DNA of 64,000 nt from an uncultured Candidatus Entotheonella sp. (GTDB lineage: Bacteria; Tectomicrobia; Entotheonellia; Entotheonellales; Entotheonellaceae). Both the position numbers and the translations under genes were made by a program. How positions within the stretch are numbered: position 1 is the first letter of the stretch; the number at the start of each line of letters is the position of its first letter. The notes beneath the pieces were generated by a model. That model was not told the origin of the DNA. It saw only the letters and a list, made by a program, of their open reading frames with translations, and did no database searches. The DNA lies in contig OZ244252.1 of NCBI GenBank assembly GCA_965217185.1, forward strand, positions 3,776,001 to 3,840,000. The letters are read 5' to 3'. Below are positions 38,766 to 47,386 of this stretch, piece after piece.

Positions 38766-38808
38766 GCCGTATTGCCTTGTTCAGATTCTTTTAATGACGG
38801 ACAGCTCT

Positions 38809-38835
38809 GTTAAAATTCTACGGTAAAATTTTAAC
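38809..38835. promoter_or_regulatory. AT-rich inverted repeat upstream of fic
   Basis: gttaaaatt-9-aattttaac. Confidence 0.5.
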
Positions 38836-38899
38836 GAAGTCTCTATGCAGGGTTGGTCACAGATGGCCTGAGCCGCTTTCGCTCGCGCCGATGATCTCG

Positions 38900-39074
38900 T
38901 CCAGCAGCCCCTCGGGCTCCTGTTCCAGTGCCAGAATGTCGGCGTGGATTTCCGCCAGCGCGCGCATCGGCTGCGGCTTGTAGAAGTAGCGAATGAAGCT
39001 GATCTCGTAGCCGACCTTGACGCTGTCGGGCTGATACCAGGTGTCCGGCGCGTAGGGCAGGACCTCGCGGCGCA
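38900..39074 (-). repeat. Duplicate of the hsdM 3' end (copy of 39760-39934)
   Basis: 175-bp ungapped match, 17 mismatches by hand count, offset 860 bp. Confidence 0.92.
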
Positions 39075-39147
39075 TCCTCTTCGTGAAACTACATGTCTTC
39101 GGCAGTCGCTCGGTCTCGCCAACAGCGAAGGCAGGCAATGCTGCTTC

Positions 39148-39423
39148 CTATGGTTTCTCCGTGAGCCTGCCGGACAAGTACTTGTGGATGACGCTCGACA
39201 GGAGCGTCTGATAGGGGATGCCTTCCTCTCGCGCTCGCGCATGGGCGAGGTTGAAGTCGCGTTCGGTCACCCGCAGGTTCACCCGTCGGGTCTTGTTGAA
39301 GGTGTTGCGGGCAGCCTGACGCGCCGTCTCCATCTCTTCTTCCGCATCGGCGCTGCTGAGCAGGTCGCCGCGCTCGAACTTCTCCAGGATCTCCCGCTCC
39401 TCGGCGTTCATAGGTCCACTCAT
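39148..39423 (-). CDS. RHH antitoxin (BrnA/CopG-like)
   Basis: RVNLRV..RD......A.EEGIPYQTLLSSVIHKY. Confidence 0.85.
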   Translation of the reverse strand: MSGPMNAEEREILEKFERGDLLSSADAEEEMETARQAARNTFNKTRRVNLRVTERDFNLAHARAREEGIPYQTLLSSVIHKYLSGRLTEKP

Positions 39424-39707
39424 GATGATGGCCTCCTCTGGTAGTCTCGCATCGCCTTGCGGCTGGGGATAATCGTCTTCAGGAATCTGGTGCCGTCTGT
39501 CTCGGTCGCGAAGGGCACGAGGTAGAGGTATTGCTCGGTGTCCACCACATAGATCATCTGCCCCGGATACCGCTTCTGATTGGGATGTTCCAACACGTCT
39601 ACGAGACCGCCCCGCTCGATCGCGGAGACAACGCTTTCGAACGAGACGCCGCGCTCTTCAACGAGTTGCCGATTCTTCTCCAAGTTCCAGTCAAAGCCAG
39701 CGACCAT
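39420..39707 (-). CDS. BrnT-like toxin
   Basis: FDWN.EKN..L..ERGVSFE, HPNQ, FLKTIIPSRK. Confidence 0.85.
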   Translation of the reverse strand: MVAGFDWNLEKNRQLVEERGVSFESVVSAIERGGLVDVLEHPNQKRYPGQMIYVVDTEQYLYLVPFATETDGTRFLKTIIPSRKAMRDYQRRPSS

Positions 39708-39713
39708 AAGCCA

Positions 39714-41717
39714 TTAATCTTCCATTGTGTGCATACTGTCAACAATGCCTACGATGCCATCCAGCAGCCCCTCGGTCTCCTGTTCCAGCGCCAGGATGTC
39801 CGCCCGAATTTCCGCCAGCGTGCGCATCGGCTTCGGCTTGTAGAAGTAGCGGGTGAAGCTGATCTCGTAGCCGATCTTGATGCTGTCGGGCTGGTACCAG
39901 GCGTCGGGCGCGTAGGGCAGAACCTCGCGGCGCAGGAAGGCTTCGATGCCGCCCGGCTCCTGCAACGGGATTTGCTCGGTGTCGCGCAGGTCGGGGTTCG
40001 CCTCGTACTCGACCACGGCGGGCGCGCCGTTGAGGGAAACCGCGAACAGGCCGCACAGCGGGTTGGCCGGCGTGCCGCGCTTGTGAATCTTCCGGATGAC
40101 CGGCGGCGCGTCGTCGCGGCGCTCGCTGATCTCCTTCAGCGCCTTGATCTCGGCGGCCTTGTAGACGCGGTTGGGGGCGACGCCGGCGAGGCGCAGCGGC
40201 CGCTCGACCGTCACCTTCCAGTAGCCGAAGGCGGCGTTGTCGAAAATCTTGCTCTGCTCGCTCTCCTTGAACGCCAGGAACGTGTCGCAGATGCGGGCGA
40301 TGTCGTCGTCGCCGAGTTCGCAGTTCTTCTTGCCCAGGTTCTTGCGCAGGGGCTGGTACCACTGGGTGGCGTCGATGAGCTGCACCTTGCCGCGGCGGTG
40401 CGCCGGCTTGCGATTGGTGAGCACCCAGACGTAGGTGGCGATGCCGGTGTTGTAGAACAGGTTGAGCGGCAGGGCGACGATGGCCTCCAGCCAGTCGTTC
40501 TCGATGATCCAGCGGCGGATGTTGCTCTCGCCCTGGCCGGCGTCGCCGGTGAACAGGGAACTGCCGTTGTGCACCTCGGCGATGCGGCTGCCGAGCGCGG
40601 TGTGCCGCTTCATCTTGGCGAGCTTGTTGGCGAGGAAGAGCATCTGGCCGTCGCTGGAGCGGGTGACCAGTGAGTACTCCGGGTCACCGGCGTGCTCGAT
40701 CACGAAGCGTGGGTCACGCATGTCCTTCTTGCCGCCCATGCGTTCCAGGTCGGTCTTCCAGCTCTTGCCGTAGGGCGGGTTGGAGAGCATGAAGTCGAAC
40801 TCGCGGGCGGGGAAGGCGTCGTTGACCAGGGTGGAGTGCGCCGGGCCGCCGACGATGTTGTCGGCCGCTTCGCCTTCTCCCTTGAGCAGCAGGTCGGCCT
40901 TGCAGATGGCGTAGGTCTCGGCGTTGATCTCCTGTCCGTAGAGGTGGGTGGAGACGTCCCTGCCATGCTCGGCGGCGAGTTGCCGCAGGGTGTCCTCGGC
41001 CACGGTCAGCATGCCGCCGGTGCCGCAGGCGCCGTCGTAGAGCAGGTAGGTGCCGGACTTGATGTCGTCGGCAACGGGGAGGAAAACGAGCCGGGCCATG
41101 AGGCGCACGGCGTCGCGCGGCGTCCAGTGCTCGCCGGCCTCTTCGTTGTTCTCCTCGTTGAAGCGCCGCACCAACTCTTCGAAGATTGAGCCCATGCCGT
41201 GGTTGTCGAGGCCGGGATGCCGCACCGAGCCGTCGGCGTTCAGCACCGGTGCCGGGCTCAGGTTGATGTCGGGGGAGGTTAGCTTCTCGACCAGCGTGCC
41301 GAGGGCGTCGGCTTTGGACAAGCGCGGGATCTGGTTGCGGAACTCGAAGTTGTCGAGGATGTCCTGGACGTTGGGCGAGAAGCCGTCGAGATAGGCTTCG
41401 AAGTCGGCGGTGAGTTGCTGGCGGCTGGCGCGCGCCCGCAGGTCGCGCAGGGTGAACCGGGAGGTGTTGTAGAAGGCTTGGCCGGCGGCCTGTCGCAGGG
41501 CCGAGTCCTGTTCAACGATGCCCGCGTCGTCGAGAGTCGCCTTCATGCCAAGGACAGCCTGCTTGCTGTCTTCCAGCACTGCGTCGAGGCGGCGCAGCAC
41601 GGTCATCGGCAGGATGACGTCGCGGTACTTGCCGCGTACGTAGAGGTCGCGCAGGACGTCGTCGGCGATGCCCCAGATGTAGTTCGTGATCCAGTTCAGG
41701 TCATTGTTGTTCAGCAT
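39714..41717 (-). CDS. hsdM: Type I methyltransferase subunit M
   Basis: IWGIADDVLR, AGEHWTPR, YDGACGTGGML, SNPPYG. Confidence 0.95.
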   Translation of the reverse strand: MLNNNDLNWITNYIWGIADDVLRDLYVRGKYRDVILPMTVLRRLDAVLEDSKQAVLGMKATLDDAGIVEQDSALRQAAGQAFYNTSRFTLRDLRARASRQQLTADFEAYLDGFSPNVQDILDNFEFRNQIPRLSKADALGTLVEKLTSPDINLSPAPVLNADGSVRHPGLDNHGMGSIFEELVRRFNEENNEEAGEHWTPRDAVRLMARLVFLPVADDIKSGTYLLYDGACGTGGMLTVAEDTLRQLAAEHGRDVSTHLYGQEINAETYAICKADLLLKGEGEAADNIVGGPAHSTLVNDAFPAREFDFMLSNPPYGKSWKTDLERMGGKKDMRDPRFVIEHAGDPEYSLVTRSSDGQMLFLANKLAKMKRHTALGSRIAEVHNGSSLFTGDAGQGESNIRRWIIENDWLEAIVALPLNLFYNTGIATYVWVLTNRKPAHRRGKVQLIDATQWYQPLRKNLGKKNCELGDDDIARICDTFLAFKESEQSKIFDNAAFGYWKVTVERPLRLAGVAPNRVYKAAEIKALKEISERRDDAPPVIRKIHKRGTPANPLCGLFAVSLNGAPAVVEYEANPDLRDTEQIPLQEPGGIEAFLRREVLPYAPDAWYQPDSIKIGYEISFTRYFYKPKPMRTLAEIRADILALEQETEGLLDGIVGIVDSMHTMED

Positions 41718-41804
41718 TGTTGTTTCGTCCAAGTAACGAATTACGTCCATTTGGGTGGAGCATTTCCGTATCGGATTGAATCATGTGAGGGCTGGCAGCT
41801 TCAA

Positions 41805-41895
41805 GTAGGTCGGGTTAGCCGTAGGCGTAACCCGACAACAAAAGCGTTCGGGGCGCATAAGGAATGTCGGATTACGCTGCGCTAATCCGACCTAC
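41805..41895. repeat. Inverted REP doublet (REPIN/BIME-like)
   Basis: gtaggtcgggttagccgtaggcgtaacccgaca, spacer, tgtcggattacgctgcgctaatccgacctac. Confidence 0.8.
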
Positions 41896-42725
41896 ATTGT
41901 GCCCAGGCGCTGTCGGTACTGCTGCTCCTTGGCGTCGTAGCAGGCCCAGCGGTCTGTGTGCTGCCGTTTCTTGGCTCCCTGTGCGACGATACGGCATCTG
42001 GTAACCAATTGCTCAAGGACGGCCCGGCGGTGCTCGGCCGGCAGGGGCATAGTCAATGCCTTCTCCAGGGCCTTGATGCGGTAGCGGTCCAGCACGGGGG
42101 TGCGGCGCGACAACTGATCGGCGTGTCCGCCGCGCTTGACGACGAGCCGCTCGGGAAGGAAGCCGACCGGCACGACGGCGGTCAGGCGCAGCCACAAGTC
42201 GTAATCCTCGCAGGCCGGCAGGCTCTCGTCAAAGCCGCCCAGCCGGTCCCACAGCGTGCGGCGCATCATGACGGCGGACGGGCTGATCACACAGCGCGGC
42301 AGCGACGCCAGAAACTGCCAGCCGCCCTGCTTGCGATGGATGCGGCGCTCATTCACCCGCACCCCGCGGCGTATCCACACCTCGTCCGTGTGGTAGGCCT
42401 GCGCTTCCGCCTGCGCCTCGAAATAGGCGACCTGCGCGGACACCTTGTTCGGCAGCCAGAGGTCGTCGGAATCAAGGAAGGCGATCAGGTCGCCGGTTGA
42501 CGCCGCCACGCCGCGGTTGCGGGCCGCGCTGACGCCGCGGTTCTCCTGCCACAGGTATTGCACGCCCGGCCCAAAACCGCTGACGACCGCCGCGGTGCCG
42601 TCGCGCGAGCCGTCGTCCACGACGATGAGCTCGATGTCCGGGTAGTCCTGCTGCAGCACCGAGACGATCGCCTCGCGCACGAAATCGGCGCGGTTGTATG
42701 TTGGAATGACGACACTGACACGCAC
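41892..42725 (-). CDS. Glycosyltransferase family 2
   Basis: SVVIPTYNR, VDDGS, FLDSDD, EDYDLW. Confidence 0.92.
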   Translation of the reverse strand: MRVSVVIPTYNRADFVREAIVSVLQQDYPDIELIVVDDGSRDGTAAVVSGFGPGVQYLWQENRGVSAARNRGVAASTGDLIAFLDSDDLWLPNKVSAQVAYFEAQAEAQAYHTDEVWIRRGVRVNERRIHRKQGGWQFLASLPRCVISPSAVMMRRTLWDRLGGFDESLPACEDYDLWLRLTAVVPVGFLPERLVVKRGGHADQLSRRTPVLDRYRIKALEKALTMPLPAEHRRAVLEQLVTRCRIVAQGAKKRQHTDRWACYDAKEQQYRQRLGTM

Positions 42726-42761
42726 GGCGGCAACCTTCGCTGTGAACCCTGGAGCGGACCG

Positions 42762-42790
42762 TTGACACGGCTCGGGTGGGTCATTATTCT
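42762..42790 (+). promoter_or_regulatory. Sigma70 promoter of the ABC operon
   Basis: TTGACA-17-TATTCT. Confidence 0.55.
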
Positions 42791-42817
42791 AGCCGCTCTT
42801 GTAGACAACCCATCCCT

Positions 42818-42845
42818 ATGATGATCACGCGATGATGATCACGCG
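42818..42845 (+). repeat. 14-bp tandem direct repeat
   Basis: atgatgatcacgcg x2 in the leader. Confidence 0.8.
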
Positions 42846-42868
42846 ACCCAAAAGAAGGAGGCGACGCC

Positions 42869-44500
42869 GTGTACAAGGGCGTGTTTCGGCTGTTCGTGGT
42901 GCTGGTGATGCAGGGCATCATCCTGCTGGGACTCTTTGCTTCCGCCGATGCGGCGCGTAAGAAAATCGTCAAGATCGCCTATAAGGAGCAGGAAACCCTC
43001 GATCCGCACGCCAGCATTCTCGGCCAGACGCAATCCGGCGTGCGCCTGCTGTATCGCGGCCTCACTCGCTTCGCCATCAAGGAGGTCAGGGAAATGGCGC
43101 CGGACGGCACGGAGGTCGTTCGGCAGCAAGTGACCACCACGGAGGTCGAGCCGGACCTGGCGGAAAGCTGGACGGTGTCGGACGACGGCACCGTGTGGAC
43201 CTTCAAGCTGCGGCAGGGGGTGCAGTTCCACAAGGGCTACGGCGAGCTGACCGCCGAGGACGTCAAGTACAGCTTCGAGCGCCAGATGCGGCGTGAACGC
43301 GGCATGCGCTTCGCCAAGAACCTGGACGTGATCCAGGACATTACTGTTCTCGATCCCTACACCGTGCGCATCACCCTCAAGCAGTACGATCCCGTTTTCC
43401 CACTTCGCATGGCCGGCTATCAACAGGGCTACATCGTCAGCCAAAAAGCGGCGCTGGAGTTCGGCGACCAGTTCGGCTGGAACCCGGTCGGTACCGGGCC
43501 GTTCTACTTCCACCGCCATCTGCCGCGCGAAAAGATCATCTTCAGGGCCTTCAAAAAGTATTACGAGGGCCGCCCGGCGATCGACGAGATTCACTGGTTC
43601 GACGTGCCCGAGGACGCCACCAAGCTGATCGGCCTGGAAAAAGGCACCTTCGACATCGTGTCGCCGAACATCGTCACGGCAGACGTGAAGGAGCAGGTGG
43701 CGGCGATGGACGCGGTGCTGGACGAGCGCGGTCCGGGTGGGCAGTTCCGCTTTTACTTCAACCACACCAAGCCACCGTTCGACGACATCCGGGTCCGCAA
43801 GGCGTTCATGCATGCCATCGACCCCCAGGCCATTGTCGACACGCTGTGGCCGGACGGCCTCGGCGTGGTGGCTTCCAGCCCGTTGCCGCCCGGCTATTTC
43901 GGGCATCTGGCCATGGAAATGCCGGCCTACGACCCCGAGCTGGCGCGCCAACTGCTGGCGGAGGCGGGCTACCCGGACGGCCTCACCATCCATGATTACT
44001 TCATCACCAAGTCCTACGGCTACCCGAAGATCATGACCATGGTGCAGGAGCAATTGAAGCGGGTCGGGGTGGACGTGCAGTTGCAATTGGTCGAGCACCC
44101 GACATACCATCGCAATATCCGCAACAACCTGAACCCGTTCGTGCTGTACGGCGGCACTCGTCTCACCGACGGCGACGTGATGCTCAGCCTGTTTTTTCAC
44201 TCTGACGAAGCGCCCGATCCCGGCACCGGCAACAAGGGCACCAATTTCGCCCACTACAGCGGCATCGACGACTTGCTGGAAGAGGGGCGCCGCACCCGTG
44301 ACAGCGAGCAACGCGCCGCCCTGTACCACGAGGCGCAGCGCCGCATCATGCGCGACGCGGTGTGCCTGCCCGTTGTCGATATTCCCAGCCGCAGCGCCCG
44401 CAACCCGGCGCGTGTCAGCACGCCTTTCGACCCGGAACTCGGTGAGTATGCCCTGCACTACTTCTACAACTATCCCGAAATGCTCGCCGTCGTTGAATAA
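42869..44500 (+). CDS. ABC substrate-binding protein, family 5
   Basis: Signal peptide, PDLAESW, LTAEDVKYS, PVGTGPF, FDDIRVRKA. Confidence 0.92.
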   Translation: MYKGVFRLFVVLVMQGIILLGLFASADAARKKIVKIAYKEQETLDPHASILGQTQSGVRLLYRGLTRFAIKEVREMAPDGTEVVRQQVTTTEVEPDLAESWTVSDDGTVWTFKLRQGVQFHKGYGELTAEDVKYSFERQMRRERGMRFAKNLDVIQDITVLDPYTVRITLKQYDPVFPLRMAGYQQGYIVSQKAALEFGDQFGWNPVGTGPFYFHRHLPREKIIFRAFKKYYEGRPAIDEIHWFDVPEDATKLIGLEKGTFDIVSPNIVTADVKEQVAAMDAVLDERGPGGQFRFYFNHTKPPFDDIRVRKAFMHAIDPQAIVDTLWPDGLGVVASSPLPPGYFGHLAMEMPAYDPELARQLLAEAGYPDGLTIHDYFITKSYGYPKIMTMVQEQLKRVGVDVQLQLVEHPTYHRNIRNNLNPFVLYGGTRLTDGDVMLSLFFHSDEAPDPGTGNKGTNFAHYSGIDDLLEEGRRTRDSEQRAALYHEAQRRIMRDAVCLPVVDIPSRSARNPARVSTPFDPELGEYALHYFYNYPEMLAVVE

Positions 44501-44529
44501 GACGCAGTAACACCGCTGGAGAGACGCCC

Positions 44530-45534
44530 TTGCTGTCGTATGTGGTCAGGCGGCTGCTGATCGCCATCCCCATGCTTCTCGGCGCCATGAGCATCGTCTT
44601 TTTCGCCATGCGCATCCTGCCGGGCGATCCCTGCCTCGCCATGATGGGCGACGAAGCCACCAGGGAAGCCCTGGAAGACTGTGTGCGGCACCTCGGCCTG
44701 GACCGCCCGCTACTGGTGCAATACGCCGACTACATGTGGAAGTCGCTGCACTTCGATTTCGGCCGCTCCATCGTGTTTCAATACACCGTTTCCAGCTACA
44801 TTCTGGGCATGTTTCCGCATACCCTGCTGCTGGTGCTGGCCAGTAGCTTGGTAGCCCTGGGCGTCGGGCTGCCGACGGGCATCTTTTCAGCCTTGCATCG
44901 GCAGAACCCGCTGGTGGATTACAGTTCCCGCCTCATCGCCCTCCTGGGGCTGTCCATGCCGGTGTTCTGGTTCGGCATCCTGTTGCTCATCGTCTTTTCC
45001 CTGCACCTGGACCTGTTTCCGCTGATCGGCGGCGGTGATCTGACCACGGTGTTCGACATGATCGCCGAGGGTGAAGTCCTTGAATACCCGGAAGATTTTC
45101 TGGCCGCAGTGCTGGACGTGCTGCACCACCTGGTCCTGCCGGCGCTCGCCCTGGGGTTGACCCTGGCGGCGACCGTCAGCCGTATGGCGCGCTCCGCCAT
45201 GCTCGAGGTCATCAGCGCCGATTACATCCGCACGGCGCGCGCCAAGGGCCTGCACGAGCGCTTCGTGATTTACAAGCACGCGCTGCGCAACATGATGATC
45301 CCGCTGCTGACGATCATCGGCCTGTTCGTGGCCATTGCCCTGACCGGTACGGTGCTGACCGAGACGGTGTTCACGCGCCCGGGGCTGGGCAAGATGCTTG
45401 TCGACGCCATTGGCGCCCGCGACTACCCGCTGGCGCAGGGCGCTATCACGGTGTTCACGATGATGATCATCCTGGTGAATTTGTTGGTCGATATTCTGTA
45501 CGCCGTGTTCGATCCCCGCATTGCGTACAAATAG
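44530..45534 (+). CDS. ABC permease, DppB-like
   Basis: PGDP, SMPVFW, DYIRTARAKGL, DPRI. Confidence 0.92.
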   Translation: MLSYVVRRLLIAIPMLLGAMSIVFFAMRILPGDPCLAMMGDEATREALEDCVRHLGLDRPLLVQYADYMWKSLHFDFGRSIVFQYTVSSYILGMFPHTLLLVLASSLVALGVGLPTGIFSALHRQNPLVDYSSRLIALLGLSMPVFWFGILLLIVFSLHLDLFPLIGGGDLTTVFDMIAEGEVLEYPEDFLAAVLDVLHHLVLPALALGLTLAATVSRMARSAMLEVISADYIRTARAKGLHERFVIYKHALRNMMIPLLTIIGLFVAIALTGTVLTETVFTRPGLGKMLVDAIGARDYPLAQGAITVFTMMIILVNLLVDILYAVFDPRIAYK

Positions 45535-45549
45535 GAGAGGCGGACGGCT

Positions 45550-46458
45550 ATGGCGATAACCGGCAACACGGTGTCCGTCGGGGCGATGCCCGGGCCCGCG
45601 GCGTTCGATGCGGAGACGTGGCAGCACCGCCTTCCGGGCCGCCGGCGACGGCGATATATCCCCATCGCGGCGGGGCTGTTGATGGTCGTGTTGATGCTCG
45701 TCTGCGCGGCGCTGGCGCCGCTGATTTCGCCGTTCAGCCCGTCGGCGCAGTTTTCCGACTACGTGCTCGAAGGCCCCGGCGGGCGGCATCTCCTCGGCAC
45801 CGACGAGTTTGGCCGCGACGTGCTCAGCCGCGTCATCTGGGGGGCGCGGGTTTCCCTGCAAGTGGGGTTGGGCGCGGTCGTTGTCGGCTTTCTGGTCGGC
45901 GTGCCGCTCGGCATCCTGGCGGGGTTCAAAGGCGGCGGCATCGAGGCTGCGATCATGCGTTGCACCGACATGCTGCTGGCTTTTCCCACCCTGCTGCTGG
46001 CGTTGATCATCGTGACGGCGCTGGGGGGGTCGCTGCTGAACGAGATCATCGCCATTGGCGTTGCCCTGACACCCAGCTTCGTGCGCCTGGCGCGCAGCAT
46101 GGCCCTGACGATCAAGGAAAACGACTACATCATGGCGGCGCGCGCCCTCGGCGGCTCCCCGCTGCGCCTCATGGTGCGGCACATCTTCCCGAACGCGGTG
46201 TCCACGCTGGTCGTCATCGCCACGTTGTACATCGCCAACGCCATCCGCACCGAGGCCGGGCTGAGCTTCCTCGGCCTCGGCGTACCGCCGCCGACCGCCA
46301 GCTGGGGCAACATCCTCAGCGAGGGGCGCCAGTTCATCAAGTGCTGCCCGTGGCTGACGACGTTCTCCGGCCTGTCCATCATGCTGGCGGTGCTGTCGTT
46401 CAACATCATGGGCGACGCGCTGCGCGACCTGCTCGATCCGCGACTGCGGGGGGATTAG
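45550..46458 (+). CDS. ABC permease, DppC-like
   Basis: HLLGTDEFGRD, LSFLGLG, GDALRDLLDPR. Confidence 0.92.
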   Translation: MAITGNTVSVGAMPGPAAFDAETWQHRLPGRRRRRYIPIAAGLLMVVLMLVCAALAPLISPFSPSAQFSDYVLEGPGGRHLLGTDEFGRDVLSRVIWGARVSLQVGLGAVVVGFLVGVPLGILAGFKGGGIEAAIMRCTDMLLAFPTLLLALIIVTALGGSLLNEIIAIGVALTPSFVRLARSMALTIKENDYIMAARALGGSPLRLMVRHIFPNAVSTLVVIATLYIANAIRTEAGLSFLGLGVPPPTASWGNILSEGRQFIKCCPWLTTFSGLSIMLAVLSFNIMGDALRDLLDPRLRGD

Positions 46459-46502
46459 GGCGTCTTGATCCGCTGCGGGGCGGGGAGGTGTCGAGGTGTC
46501 CA

Positions 46503-47318
46503 TTGCTGACTGACTTCATACGCGGATGCCGTTTCCCGTTCCGGGGCGTGGCCTTCCTGGCACGTCACCGTACGCTGTGGACGTGGGCCGCGCTGCCCGC
46601 GGCGGTGAATATCGGCGTTTTCGCCGCCACTCTGGGCGTCTTCCTGTATTTCTTCGGCACCCTCTACAGCCTTACCACCGGCTGGATGTATCCGGCCGCG
46701 CCCGACTTCTGGCTTGCCTGGGCATGGGTGGTGCCCTTGCGCGTGTTCGCCTGGTCCATCGGCGTCGTGCTGTTGTTGGCCGCGTTGCTGATCCTGTACG
46801 GGGCCTTTCTGGCTCTCGGCTTGGTGATCGCCGCGCCCTTTCTGGCCCTGCTGTCGCAGCGCGTCGAGGGGTTGGTGACGGGGAAGCAGGGGCCAGAGGC
46901 TACGAGTTGGAAAGCCGCCCTGGCCACCGTGTTCGAATCCATGATGGACGAATTCCGCAAGATCGCTTTCTTCGCCGGCGTGCAGCTTCTTTTGTGGGTA
47001 CTGGGCCTCGTGTTTCCTTTTTTGGCGCCGATTACGGTTACCGTCGCAATGCTCTTCACCCTGGTGTTTCTGCCCCTCGAATACGCCGGCTTCGCCATGG
47101 ACAGCCGCCACCTGCGTTTCGCCCAGCGCCGCGCCTTGGTGTGGCGGCACCGCTGGCTGATGCTCGGCTTCGGGGCGTCGGCGTCCCTGTCGCTGCTGCT
47201 GCCGCTGCTGAACTTCGTCTGCATGCCCGCGCTAGTGGTCGGCGGCACCCTGATGCTGCTGCACCTCGATGCCCCCGCCGAACCCGCACCACCGGATTCT
47301 CCTCCGGTTGCCCTGTGA
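46503..47318 (+). CDS. EI24/CysZ-like membrane protein
   Basis: IAAPF..LS.RVE, LEY, PLLN..MPA.VVGGT; start estimated. Confidence 0.75.
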   Translation: MLTDFIRGCRFPFRGVAFLARHRTLWTWAALPAAVNIGVFAATLGVFLYFFGTLYSLTTGWMYPAAPDFWLAWAWVVPLRVFAWSIGVVLLLAALLILYGAFLALGLVIAAPFLALLSQRVEGLVTGKQGPEATSWKAALATVFESMMDEFRKIAFFAGVQLLLWVLGLVFPFLAPITVTVAMLFTLVFLPLEYAGFAMDSRHLRFAQRRALVWRHRWLMLGFGASASLSLLLPLLNFVCMPALVVGGTLMLLHLDAPAEPAPPDSPPVAL

Positions 47319-47386
47319 TATAATCACGCACTTTTCGCCCCATCCCACACCGACGAGCCTAGAGCTCGCTACTGCTCAGGTGTCGC

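Noticed and set aside
38857..39138. 93 aa ORF as an independent gene
   Set aside because: It is the duplicated hsdM tail read from an incidental start
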